DNA of 64,000 nucleotides from Vairimorpha necatrix (Eukaryota): NCBI GenBank assembly GCA_036630325.1, contig CP142736.1, positions 496,001 to 560,000 of the forward strand, read 5' to 3'. Shown piece by piece: positions 46,993 to 59,610 of this stretch (position 1 is its first letter; each line of letters starts with the position of its first letter). The notes under the pieces were generated by a model. It saw only the letters and a program-made list of their open reading frames with translations, ran no database searches and was not told where the DNA came from. The position numbers and the translations under genes were made by a program.

Positions 46993-49152
46993 ATGGCATT
47001 AAATGATTTAGTGGAGAAAGACCGTTATAAATTAGTGAACATTAGGGATATCAATAGGAACACGCAAAAATCGAAGTTTTTCAGTGTTATAGACCTTAAA
47101 GAGGCTTTTTATGGAATCGAAATAGAAGATCAGGACAAGCATAAGACTGCATTTGAGTATGATAAGATAGTATATGAATGGAATAGTACGGCCATGGGGT
47201 TTAAAAACTCGCCTCAGATCATGCAGAGAATTATGAATAAGATTTTTGAAAAACATTTGGGTGGTAAAATAGAAGTATACATGGATGATATAGTGATTCA
47301 TGCGAAGACTAGAAAAGAACATGATAAATTATTTGTAGAAGCGATGAAATTGTTAGAATGGAATAATATGCGAATAAATTCAAAGAAAATTCAGTATTGC
47401 CAAAAGGAAGTCAAGTTATTGGGAGTTACATTAAACGGAGATGATATGATGCCGTCTGAAATCAAGAAAAACGAAGCACTGGGGTTTCCAACGCCGCAGA
47501 ATGTGTCTGACATAAGAAGATTTTTAGGACTGAGTGGATGGTTTCGAGGATTTATTAAGAATTATGCGGAGAAGACATTATATATGACTGAAAGTTTGGA
47601 AGGTAAAAGTAAAGTATTGAATTGGACTGATGACTTAAATAAAGAGTTCGAAAATATGAAGGAAACGTTAAGAAGTATGAGTAAGTTGAAAATTGTAAAC
47701 TATGACAAGGAATTTTTATTAAGAACTGACGCGAGCAATATAGGAATGGGCGCAGTACTCATGCAGAAGAATGATAAAGAAGAGTGGGTGCTAGTACAAT
47801 GGGCATCGAAGAAATTCACCCCGATGGAAACTAGATATGGTATAAGTGAAAAGGAAATGTATGCCATGTATTGGGGAATAAAGAAATTTGAGTATGAGTT
47901 AAGAGGACGAAAATTTAAAGTAGAAACGGATCACAAAGCATTGGCGGAAATAAGAAGAAAGCCGTGTTTTAATAATAATAGAATTAATCGATGGATTGAA
48001 AAGATCCAAGAATTTGACTTTGAAATAGATTACAGGAAACCAGAACATATAGTCGTGGCGGATGCTTTGAGTAGGATACACGAGGATGTTGATCCAAGAA
48101 AAGAAATGATAAAAAAAAGAAGTGAGCGTCAAATTGAAGGTAAATGGTTGAAGCACGTCGAGACAATAGACGGTAAAGAATACTGGAATTTTGATTCGGG
48201 GAGGAAAGCATTGATTCCTAAAATAAAAGAAAGAGATGAGCTTAAAAGAAGTTATCATGAAGAGCATGGACACAGAGGATTAGGAAGCATGTATTATGCC
48301 ATGAAGTTTGATTATTATTGGCCAGGAATAAAAGAAGATATAGTGAAAATGATAAAAAGATGCGAGGAGTGTCAAATTTACAATAGGAAAAAGTCTGGAG
48401 GATGTGATTTTGTTGCTACAAGCAGGTATTTAGAAAAATTAGCGTTAGATTTAATTGATTTTAGAGATAAGGCCAAATATGTATTAGTTGCGATAGATTA
48501 CCATACGAGGATAGCGTGGGGATGTGTATTATACGATAAGAAGAGATCCTCTGTGGCCCAGTTTATTGAGAATTTATGTAGAAATGGCAGGAGGCCGAAG
48601 GAAATAATAGCGGATAATGGGAAGGAATTTGATAATATTGACTTTAAGGATTTGTGTAGAAAATTGGATATTACCCATAATAAGGTGAGTGTCGAGTCTC
48701 ATAGAAGCAATGGTAGAGTTGAAAGAGTTATAGGAACGCCTAGAGAGCTAATATTGAAAATGAGTAAAAAGACGGCGAGTTTTGAAGACATAGTGATGGA
48801 AAGCTTAAAAATTTATAATAATAGTTACCATGAAGGTATAAGAAGTACTCCCAATGAAGCGGTAAAAGACAATACGGGAAAAGTGATGATATTAAATGGA
48901 CCAGAAGGAGACTACAGTAAAAGATTTGTTAGAAGATATAGAGAGCGGGTTATTGAAGGACAACGAGTAAGGATAGCTAAGAAAGAAAACATCAAAGGAT
49001 GTAATAAATATGAAAAGGGAAGGTTTTTAGACGAAGGTATTATAATGGTGATATGCCCTGGGGACTCGTATGTTGTGAAGCTATCTAATGGGCGATATGT
49101 TAAAAAGAGACATTATGACTTGAAAAATCTGCTTGGGGTAATGGTGATGTAG
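46993..49152 (+). CDS. pol: RT-RNase H-integrase (719 aa)
   Basis: VIDLKEAF, YMDD, RTDASN, ETDHKAL, ADALSR, HHCC finger, DNGKEF, NGRVER. Confidence 0.95.
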   Translation: MALNDLVEKDRYKLVNIRDINRNTQKSKFFSVIDLKEAFYGIEIEDQDKHKTAFEYDKIVYEWNSTAMGFKNSPQIMQRIMNKIFEKHLGGKIEVYMDDIVIHAKTRKEHDKLFVEAMKLLEWNNMRINSKKIQYCQKEVKLLGVTLNGDDMMPSEIKKNEALGFPTPQNVSDIRRFLGLSGWFRGFIKNYAEKTLYMTESLEGKSKVLNWTDDLNKEFENMKETLRSMSKLKIVNYDKEFLLRTDASNIGMGAVLMQKNDKEEWVLVQWASKKFTPMETRYGISEKEMYAMYWGIKKFEYELRGRKFKVETDHKALAEIRRKPCFNNNRINRWIEKIQEFDFEIDYRKPEHIVVADALSRIHEDVDPRKEMIKKRSERQIEGKWLKHVETIDGKEYWNFDSGRKALIPKIKERDELKRSYHEEHGHRGLGSMYYAMKFDYYWPGIKEDIVKMIKRCEECQIYNRKKSGGCDFVATSRYLEKLALDLIDFRDKAKYVLVAIDYHTRIAWGCVLYDKKRSSVAQFIENLCRNGRRPKEIIADNGKEFDNIDFKDLCRKLDITHNKVSVESHRSNGRVERVIGTPRELILKMSKKTASFEDIVMESLKIYNNSYHEGIRSTPNEAVKDNTGKVMILNGPEGDYSKRFVRRYRERVIEGQRVRIAKKENIKGCNKYEKGRFLDEGIIMVICPGDSYVVKLSNGRYVKKRHYDLKNLLGVMVM

Positions 49153-49407
49153 AAAACTGGACGTCTTGGAAGGGAATGTTATATATTCTTATATTTTTGA
49201 TCCTCTATTATGATAAATAAATACATATATTAGTATAATTTTGTGGTCTGTAGAACGTTCTATCATACCAAACCGCAAACCCCTTTTACTATTTTACCTC
49301 TATGATATTTGTTTTTACCAATTTTAGTTTCATCTATTTCTACAATTTTATCCTCTCCGCCTATAGTGTTCAATGAAGACAAATACTTATCGTAAATGAA
49401 AATTTCT

Positions 49408-50204
49408 AGGTGCCCTTGGCCGAGTGGTCAAGGGATGTTCTCATTGACCAATGGGCTGGGTTCGAGTCCCAGGGGCACCAAATTGTTTCTACTTTCTATG
49501 ATGCAGTTGGAACAACTCAGATGATGAAAATGTCCACGATAATCATTAAGTTGATTCAATGAAACTTGTGTGTGTCCAGCCACAAGGGGATTAGCATCTA
49601 GTGTAGAAACGCACCTCAAGGCCAAAAAGCAGTATCGCCCTTTGGTGACTTAATGATACATAAAAGTATCTAATGGGTACGGCCTAGTTGGAGCCCATGG
49701 CTGGTGCACTCTAGAGTGGGATCCTAGAGCTAACTAAGAGACTAGACGAAGTAGGGCAATAGAAGGTCTCGTGGACCCTATCCTACAAGATTCTGTAACA
49801 CGGTGGCCGAAACTAGTGGGAGACTGGTGGTCAACGCAGTCCAATAAAAATGCCGGGCTGGGGATGTGGTCGTGTAAGGAGCCGTGTGTGCGATACAGAT
49901 GATTGTAGGGACCTTTGAGTCAGTACGATGATGTCTCTCCTCGGGTTATAGATAACCATGCCCGTTAAGTATATCCGCTGTGAGGTCACTCTGGACGCGA
50001 TTTGAGGTATAAATGGAAAGTGTTCTCCTGGAGCCAAAGTCCAATGGATACGGCGGAGCTTGCTGCACCGGCAAGTCATACGGAGGGAGTTTTAGTGAGT
50101 AAGAATCTCACAGTACCAGTTGGAAAAGGATCACACCCAAATCCCTCTGGTCCCTATGTAAGGTTTCTCCCTACCTCTTACTTGCAAAGAAAAAAAAAAA
50201 AAAA
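49408..50204 (+). mobile_element. tRNA-derived SINE (~800 bp)
   Basis: tRNA-like head at 49409-49480 with A box TGGCCGAGTGG, B box GGTTCGAGTCC and acceptor stem GGTGCCC/GGGCACC. GC-richer body, poly(A) tail, 14-bp TSD AAATGAAAATTTCT. Confidence 0.9.
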
Positions 50205-50250
50205 AAATGAAAATTTCTTTTAGTTTTTTAATACCATAGATATAGTTTTT

Positions 50251-52226
50251 GGCGCTACTTAAAAAATCGCACCCCCTAAAAAAATTACACCGACCAATTA
50301 AATTTATATAAAAAAAATATTTTTAACCCTTAAAATTATATTTAAAACAATATTTTTATGAAAATATGAATCTACGGCTAAAGTATTTTAGCACACAATT
50401 TTTGATATAGGTTTTTTTTGCCCCTTTTTTCAAAAATGGAAGAAAGAAAATGTGGAGGAAGATCAAAAATAAAAATTAAAACAATAAATTTATTAATGCT
50501 TAAAACACAGAACTAGAAGAATTTCTTTGAATCATGTACCTAAATAAATAAAGCTTGGCACTGCATGATGACCTATTTCTATTTGGTATAGCATTTTTGA
50601 GGGAACGCCAATTACCTTCGATGGTATTGGTATGAACACCAGTATTGGGATCTCGAAAGTGCAACGAGTGATTAACCATATGGTGTTCTTTAAATATGGT
50701 CCTCAAAGAATGATAAGCCCACCACATATCACTATGTATAGTACTTTTTGTACTTAAAATTTTAATAAATGGCCCGTAAGAGTTTCTTTAACTCTTTTTT
50801 TTTTTTACACTAAAATTCTACGTTCGATGGTACGTTCAATCCTACCGAAACACCAAAATCCCTTCACTAATTTTTCTCTGTTATGTTTATTCTTTCCTAT
50901 TTTAGTTTCATCAATTTCTACAACAACATCTCCCCGCCTATCTTACTAAAAGAAGATAAATATTTGTCATAAATGTTTATTTCTTTTAATTTTGTTGATA
51001 TAAAGGACACAGAGTTTTTGGTACAACCTAACATTTGACAAATATATTTACGTGGATAACCAAGAATCCACAGATTAAGTATTTGTAATATTGTTATATG
51101 ACTAAGGTGAGAACATTCAAAGAAAGAATCTTTCTATATAGAAAATGACTTTTTGCAATCCTTCCAAGTACATATAAATAAGCCTTTCCCTTTACGTTGT
51201 ACTCGAATCCTAGATGTACAATTATCACAAACAGTAGGTTGTCTTTTTATTGATAATTCATTATACATCGCTTCCAGTTCATCTCTTGTCCAAATTCTTT
51301 CTTCCATTTTTGAAAAAAGGGGCAAAAAACCCCTATATCGAAAATTGTGTGCTAAAGGTTACTTTAGCCGAATTTACAAAAGTTAAAATATTTAAAAAAA
51401 CAGTTATAACATATTATTTAGTTCAAAAATTTAATTACTTTAACATAGAAAAAATATCAATTATTTTTACGAAGGCTAATTTGATTGTAAATGGTTTTGA
51501 ATATTCTATATTTTCTTTTTTCCATTTAAACTCATCTAACCAACATTTAATTCTTATTTTATTTATTCCACCACGCTTTCTATAATCATGCTTAAGATGC
51601 GACCACATATTTTCTACATAATTTGTATTTTGTCCTTCTTCATTACAAAATCCCATAGAGTGATTTACCACACTATGGTGAGAACCAAATTCACTTATAG
51701 CACGTGGATAGGATGGATAACCATCAGTTACTATATCCGTGCCTACTTTTACATATTTTTTTAATATTAGTAAAATCGTTTCCCATTTTCTATTGGGTAT
51801 TAGTTCCACAAAAAACTCTCTACAATTTCCTTCCAATACACCTCCTATTATCCACTGAATTCCAGGTTCAGAATCCAATCGACTAGACGGATTCGATACT
51901 ATAATTCCATTACAAATAGCTGTTTCGTCTATTTGTATCCTCTGACCAACTCCACCTATCGTTATAACAACAGTAGAACACTTGGAAATTGTTTCCATTA
52001 TTATTTCTTTTACAGAAATATATGTTGGTTCAGAAGTTTCACACATGTTGATGGCCTGAAAATTAGTATATTACAGACACCAACAATAAATGCAACGAAG
52101 AATTTTTTTAAATTCAATATCTAAAGATTCAAATTTAGAACCTTTATTTAATGAATATCTTCAATTACAAACTTTTTTGCTACATTTGTACCCCTTTCCT
52201 TGAGAAAACAAAGATACGTTTTGAAT
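50251..52226 (-). mobile_element. 3' part of a Merlin (GGCGCTAC family)
   Basis: TIR GGCGCTACTT. ORF 51435-52046 with QIDETA, TDGYPSYP and NTNYVENMW. Truncated by the MULE. Confidence 0.85.
50376..51369 (-). mobile_element. Merlin transposon (GGCTAAAG family) with broken transposase
   Basis: TIR GGCTAAAGTA. TSD GAAT(C/T)TAC. HTNTIEGNW in 50500-50727. Confidence 0.9.
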
Positions 52227-53846
52227 GGTGACCGGAATTTTCGTCCCGGTGGTAGGGGTTAAAAAATAAAAAATTAAAAAATCTCGGTTTTTTTATTTTT
52301 TTATTTTTTTATTTTTTTAACCCCTACCACCGGGACGAAAATTCCGAAAAAAAAAATAAAAATAAAACATTAATATTTCAATAATTTCAAAGACAAAATC
52401 TAAACCAAACCCTTCATCCACAGTTTTGTCAAAAAATCAGCTAGCCGAATCTCTTTTTCAATGTATTTTTGTTTACATTCAAAAACATGATTTAAAATTG
52501 TTTGTTGGATTATCTTGATTCGCACTATATCTTCTTCATCCTTTAACTTGCTCACTAATAGATAAAAACTGTATCGACTTGTACCAAATGTGTTTTTAAA
52601 GGTATTATGCCAACCTTCAATCGCATTATTAGTTCTTGGAAAATCTATATCCATATTATTTCTCGTATGCCACAAATTCGGCGGAAAACGACATCCTAAA
52701 TCAATATAATTGTAAAGAAATAGGCATATAACTCAGTCAAGCATTCAGGGAAATTTCTGTCTTGTTTTAATTCCAAAAAAGTAGACAATATTTCGTCATA
52801 TTCAACATATGCAAGTGCCGTAAGAGACAAAACAAATTTTTTCACCATAGGTGAACATGTGTAAACAGAAGAAAGTCCTGAACTTTTAACACGTCTATCA
52901 ATAGCCTGGGCTAAGTGAAAAAGACAACCCGAAATTTGACAATCCGGAAAAATTATTGAAAATGCTCTTATCGCAGCATACTCAAAATCGGTTTTTATCA
53001 ACCTTGGGTTGAGCTCTGGAAACCTTCTCTTTAACATTTGAAACAAAAAACAATAGGTTTCAAAACTTTTATCTTTTAAAATTGCAAATATAATCGGAAA
53101 TACATGCGCTTCACGGATAAAACTAATTGTGTAAAGTTGATAATATGGAATTGGAACCACCGTAAAGGTCCCATCCATCGCCCACATGTCATATAGAGCC
53201 AGTTTTTCCATGGCCGAATCTGTATAAAAAACTATTATACTGTCATTGGGTTTATCACTCCCGCAATTTTCAGGCCCATATCGATACCATTGTTCGCCTG
53301 TATGACTGATTAATTAATCAGCACATAAACCCAATGTTTGGTTGGCGTATGGTTCTGGATTAAAGAAATTTAGCCTAGCTTTCCTTAATATCCTCGTAAT
53401 AGGCTCAATAGGGCCTATTGCGGCGATTTTTTCTTCACCAGCTCCTCTTAAGGAAGAAAAAAAAATGTTTCTAGGAGAATCTTTGCCAGAGATAATTTCC
53501 CGTTTCATTTTATCTATTTTATTCTTCCTACAGACCTGTTCAGGATTTAGTTCATGATTATGAGGCGAAGAAATAATAAAGGATTCGAGATTATTGACGT
53601 AAACAATACTACTAATGGCCTTGGCATTACAGCTTCGTACAATTCAGCGCCACTTTATAGTATTGTTGATTCTTTTTTCTCGTAAATATATAGATTTTCA
53701 TCTATTATTTGGTTCATATTTCTTTTGCTTTTAATGTTCCTATTTGTCCCGGTCATAGGGGTAAAAAATTAAAAAATAAAAAAGTTCGTTTTTTTTATTT
53801 TTTAATTTTTTTAACCCCTATGACCAGGACGAAAAGACCGGGTACC
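52227..53846 (-). mobile_element. Mutator-like (MULE) transposon with fold-back ends
   Basis: WAMDGTF, TDFEYAA, GCLFHLAQA and RTNNAIEGWHN (52400-53508, frameshifted). Imperfect ~110-bp TIRs. No TSD. Confidence 0.88.
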
Positions 53847-54422
53847 TATATAAGTATAATTTTGCGTTATAATGAACGTTCTATCATGCCGAAACACCAA
53901 AATCCTTTTACTAATTTACCTCTATGATGTTTGTTTTTTCCAATTTTAGTTTCATCTATTTCTACTATAACTTCTTCTCCGCCTATCTTGTTCAAAGATG
54001 ATAAATATTTATCATAAATGTTTATTTCTTTTAATTTTGTTTAAATGAAAGATATAGAACGTTTAGAATAACCTAAAATTTGACAAATATTCTTACGAGG
54101 ATAGCTAAGAATCCACAAATTAAGTACCTGTAAAATTGTGATATGATCGAGTCTAGTGTTTTCAAAGAAAGTGTCTTTCCATATAGATACTGTCTTCTTA
54201 CAGTTCTTCCAAGTACATTTAATGAGGTAATCCCGTTTACTAACCAACCTCATCCTACCGTAGCACACAGTACATATTTGGTTCTTTTTTTTATTAAACA
54301 AATTATTATATAAAGTTTCGATTTCTTCTCTTGTCAGAATTCTTTCCTCCATTTTTGAAAAGGGGGAAAAAAAAAACAAAAAACACTATATCGATTTTTG
54401 TTACCTAAAGCTCACTTTAGCC
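53847..54422 (-). mobile_element. 5' half of a Merlin (GGCTAAAG family)
   Basis: Ends in CTTTAGCC. ORF 54041-54379 is homologous to 51134-51325. Confidence 0.85.
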
Positions 54423-55165
54423 GATATTTTTATACATTTAATGCATTATGAAATCTTATGTAGAATTTTCCAATTCCATAACACTGTGTATTAAGGAATA
54501 AGTCTCTTGTATTATGTGATATTATGTCATTTTTGATAAATTTGTATTGCAAATAATTTTACCATAAAAATTATCTTTTTGTTGATTCAATCATTTTCTT
54601 TACTTAAAGATATTTAAAAATATAACATTTTTTTTTATTTGATGTTTTGTTGACTATTTTAATGAATTTTAAACTGTTGGCTAAATAATAAAATTCAACT
54701 AATAAGATTATAGAGCTTTTAAATGAAATTTTTAAAAATGTGTATATCATTCGTTTAGTACCATAAATTACAATGTTTTGCGGCTAAAAAATACAAATAA
54801 AGTTTTAATATTTCCTCTATGTACGATCTAAAACTATTAGAAATATAGACACGCAAATTATTTTTTTATTAACAGTTAAAAAGGGAAAAATTAGGATTTT
54901 AATGGTCGATATTGATATGTTTGAGGCCTTTTGTAAGAAAATAGGCAACGAAAATTGTCAAAAAAGAAATAAGTAATTCTAATATTTGGTTGCAAGCTTC
55001 TAATCAGTTTATTACAATGGGTAATTTTGATAAAAAAATTAAAACAAAAGTTATCATTGATAAATATTTTTTTTTTATTGTAGAGAGGAAAAAATAAGAA
55101 TCACAGCCAATAGAATCAGGTTATCTCTATTACAACAAGTAAATAAATTTTAGAGGAAAAATATA

Positions 55166-58148
55166 GGCCAAAAACCACTTTAGTCCCCCCTTACTATGAT
55201 ATACCAAATATCATAAAATATATTTCTAAAATCTTCCCTCCAAATTCGTCCCGTTTTCCCTCCAACATTTATTTAAATATTTTATCTGGAGAGGGGTATG
55301 GAGTTATGGAAAGAATATCTAAAATTAATAATAAAAATATTTTACATACTTTCCTAAGTGGTGGATACCACAAGTTAAATTTAACGAAGATGTATCCTAT
55401 ACTAAACAAAAGGATAAAGACTTATGAATCCAAAGACACGATCAGCTTTGAGATCAAAGTCAAGGGCCTAAAAGAGCCTATTACAAAACAGTTAGAAATA
55501 ATAAACTGTATTGAAGGAACCAATATGCTAGAATGGTTCAGAAAATTTGAGGAATTAAGCAAGAAACTAGAATGGAGCGGGGAAGAGAATCTACTGGTAC
55601 TACAAAGTTTAGTAGAAAGCCAAGAATGGAAAAGAAAAGACCATTCCATGGATTATTTTAAGGGTAAAGACGAAATATTAAGTATTTCCTATCCACACAC
55701 TATATTTTCAAATGTAGGAATTAAATTGTTAGAAATTAAACAATCTAATTATGATTTGATAGAAGATATGATAAATGATATTTATAACAAACTTGAAGTG
55801 GCATCTTATTTAGAAAATATACTAAGAAGGAATATGAGAGAAGATTTAATGAAATCTTTCTAAATGCTTTATCTGAAGATACCAAAGATTATGTTTTGAA
55901 TTCAAACACTAAGAATATTAAAGACATTACTTATCTATTGGTAAACTTGGAGAAAGAATTAGTAGCTAGAATTCGAAATGATGTAGTCTTAATAAGGAAT
56001 AACCGAGTCGAGGTCAAAGAACCAAACCATAGAGAGGATGGGAATAGATGGTGTAGTTTGCATCGATCAAGAACCCATAATATTAGTGATTGCTTTAAGA
56101 AAAATAAAAGTAATAAAAATAGGAATAACTACATGAAAACCGATGAAGCTAAGCGAAATAAAGATCTGTCAAGGCAAAAATGCTTTTCCATAAGCGAGGA
56201 AAATAAAAGCATTGAAACTGCCGAAAAAATAGACCACTACATCAAAAACAGCGAGTTACATAAAGAGAAAGGGGTTAACGCAGATGAAATTAAAGAAGCG
56301 AGCACAGATACCGCTAAAAAACCACAAGCCAAGGAAGTTAAAAACGAGAAACTCGAAGAGATAATAGTGGAAGCTAAAAAATTATATCACGGGGACAATG
56401 TATTGAAAGACAATATAGAAAACGGCGAAGGTGAAAATAAGCAAAATCGCGAGAAAATTCTGTACAAAGTAAAATACTTTGGTAAACCAAAACTATTGAA
56501 GACTTTTAAAACAAGAAAGAGGATGATAGCTACATTGGATAATATAAACACCAAAAATAGGTTAGAAACTATAAATAATGATGTTAATAATACAATAGAA
56601 GAGCCTCCAGATATAGTATCCAATATAATACCGGGATATAAAAAATTGGTTGATAGTAAACTTTGAAGCAAAAGGAGAGGCAGATTATGATATACCAAAT
56701 ATCATAAAATATATTTCTAAAATCTTCCCTCCAAATTCGTCCCGTTTTCCCTCCAACATTTATTTAAATATTTTATCTGGAGAGGGGTACGGAGTTATGG
56801 AAAGAATATCTAAAATTAATAATAAAAATATTTTACATACTTTCCTAAGTGGTGGATACCACACTTACATATATAAATATCAATTTTTATAAAATATCCC
56901 TTTTTTTCGAAAACCAAAATGAAAAAAAAGGAGGAGGAAAAAATTAAAATAATAAATTTAATAAAACTTCATAATAATTGTCTTTAGAGTTTCTAAGTAA
57001 CATAAATCTTAATAAAAAAGGGTAAATAAACGTTTTTGTTTTACATCTAAGCGGTGTTTGACGTTTCACAGCAGACCAATTACCTTCTAGGTGTTGGTAT
57101 GAACACCAGTAATGGGATCTTTAAACCATTTACTATGATTAACTGTACAATGATTAGCAATTATAGACTGTATTTTCGTATACCCCTTTCACATATCTGA
57201 ATAAACTGTCGATTATTTATCTATATATGTTGAAATAAGGTTTAATAAGTATTTTTGCATCTATTTGGGACTGGAACAAGTAAAAAATTTTTTTTTTACA
57301 GTCCGTTCGACCATCCCAAATACCCACATACCTTCTACTTTATGACCAACGTTGTATTTCCGTTTTCCAAATTTGCTTTCGTCAACTTCAACTATAATAT
57401 ATTTACCTCCTAATGTTTCTTTTGCTTTTTCCATGTATTTGTGATAAACCTCGTGCAACAAAAACTGCTGAAGGGACCTCGAAACTGCACTGGAAGAAAT
57501 ACCTAACAATTTGGCAATATGTAGAGGCGAGATTTTTATCAGCCAGAGGTTCAGGATCTTTAACATGGTTATATGATCCAAGTGTGTTTTTGCAAAAATT
57601 GTATTTGTAAAAAGACTCCTCTCTTTTTGGCATTTTTTACCAATGCATCTGACTACATTCGGTTTTTGCTGTCTTATTTTGACTTCTTACCCACATTTAA
57701 AGCATTTTATTAAAAGAAATTTTTCTTTTATTATATCATTTGCTTTGTATATTATTTCGTTGCTAAGCATGAAATAGGGTATTGAATAAAAATTCTTTAT
57801 CAGTGTTACTGAGAATACTAAAAAAATCATTTATAATGATAAATGATTAAAAGAAGTTCAAAAAATGAATTTATAGAAGAATTTGTTTATTATTATTTTA
57901 TGTAAAAATTAAAAACATAAATACTAAATATGAAACATACGACGACTTAAAGAGTTAAATTTACATTTTTACAATTAATTTGACAATATTTATATCATTA
58001 TTTTTGAATATTCGATTATTTTAAACAGTACTTTTATTTAATTTTTTTTCCTCCTCCTTTTTTTTTCATTTTGGTTTTCGAAAAAGGGATATTTTTTATA
58101 AATTGATATTTATATATGTAAGGGGGGGGACTAAAGTGGGAAAGCTCC
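55166..58148 (-). mobile_element. Merlin transposon with an LTR element inserted in one TIR
   Basis: 8-bp TSD AAAATATA. Long TIR 55166-55194 plus 56869-56960 versus ~58035-58148. VEVDESKFG in 57261-57581. Confidence 0.92.
55195..56863 (+). mobile_element. Non-autonomous Gag-only LTR element (178-bp LTRs), U3-hairpin clade
   Basis: LTRs 55195-55372 and 56686-56863. TSD CTTAC. gag 55306-55863 plus 55896-56666 with WCSLHRSRTHNISDC. PPT GGAGAGGCAG. No PR, RT or IN. Confidence 0.92.
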
Positions 58149-59610
58149 AAAATATATTTTTTTACATGATAAAAATTTAAATGCTCTATTCGGTTGACAT
58201 TTTTTGGACTGTATCATTCTAAAGGTAAAAAGTTCTAAAAGCTAAGGTATTTATTATGGCAATTGAAATAATGTCAAATTTATTAGCATACTTTTAAGAC
58301 TAGTCTTTATCACATCACTTTTTTTTATAAGCCATATTTTCAGCAAATGTATCTCTATATTTTGGTATCTTCCCCTTTTATAATTTCTAATGTATTTTTT
58401 GTTTAAAGTAAAAAAAACTTACGTTCTAATTTAATGCGAAGATTTTTATTTTTTTTTCACATCATATGTTTAAGACTCCCACTCCGTAATTATTCAGCTT
58501 TATAAATTGATTATTTGCCTTTTCTATATTTTTTTTTACTTCTTTCTTTGTTTTTTTCTTTTTTTTAATAAATTATGCTATATTTTCTGTTTTTTATCTT
58601 TCACACATAGTTTTCTTGCTAAAAGAACATTATTCACAATTTTTTTACGTAAAGATACATTTTATATACAATGTGAAAGGAAAAGCGTAGATAATTTAGG
58701 TTCAATTTCCTTGCATTTCTGTATTTCAGAGGTTATAAAATTTAGTTCTTAGGTAGAAATGCTCTATTAGTTTAAATATAATTTTATCTAAAAATTTTTT
58801 AGAACGATGAATTTATAGTTGTGCATAAAATTAAAAATTGGGTCGCTTTATATAATCTAAAATCAATACAAATGCAATACAATTATTTAAAGAACGAAAC
58901 TAAAAAGAAATTTACTTGACATGCAAGTTTTGCACATTTTACCTGGCACTACTAAATCTCTCTTATTAAAATTTTTAAAAACGAAGATTTTAAACATTTT
59001 TTTATATTCAAATGTCGAATTTCTGTATATTGTTATCTTACTGTATAAAACTCGTTTAAGATTAGTGCCGCGAAGGGCAATTCCGCTTTATATTTTGTAA
59101 GTTAAACTTGTGGGTCTTCATATGTGTGATGTTAGTTTAAGCATCACAATTATAAGGGCTATAAAATATAGACCATCAAATATTTCATTCATGACATGTT
59201 GAATCGTGAATAAATTAACAAACAAAAGAATAGTGTAAAAACATGCTTACAAATGGAAAAGCACTAATCTTTATCCAAATTGTTGAACATAATTTTAAAT
59301 TAAAAATAAAATATAAAAGGAAATTTGTTTTGGGAGGGTACGAATGATTGAAGAGAAGAACGTAGCTCACGGCAGAGAAAATGCCAATAATAAAACAACA
59401 TTTACTTATAACATTCTAGAAAGCTATTACAAGAATAGCAAAGTTCCTATTATACAGGATAATATGCTTCCGTATTTACATTTTGCGACTTAATTGCATC
59501 TGTTTACAAGGTTTTGAATTTCTATAGTGCCATGTTTGAATTTCTATAGTGCCATGTTTGAATTTCTATATTCCCATGTTTGAATTTCTATAGTGCCATG
59601 TTTGAATTTC

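Larger units (their letters stand above)
46077..49225 (+). mobile_element. Near-intact 3.15-kb Gypsy element with 49-bp LTRs, no protease domain
   Basis: LTRs 46077-46125 and 49177-49225. TSD TATAT. PBS TGGGGGCG at 46126. PPT GGAAGGGAA at 49168-49176. Confidence 0.95.
45646..50250 (-). mobile_element. 3' part of a Merlin (GGCTAAAG family) carrying an LTR element and a SINE
   Basis: TIR GGCTAAAGT. VNHSIHF and HTNTIEGNW (45757-45990). EIDETKIG near 49320-49345. Truncated at 50250. Confidence 0.8.

Noticed and set aside
46850-46995. Programmed gag/pol frameshift in the 46077-49225 element
   Set aside because: No clear slippery site, and the relative reads through this region (36801-37004). More likely a simple indel.
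49409-49480. Functional tRNA gene
   Set aside because: The anticodon stem does not pair properly, and the sequence heads a polyadenylated, TSD-flanked insertion.
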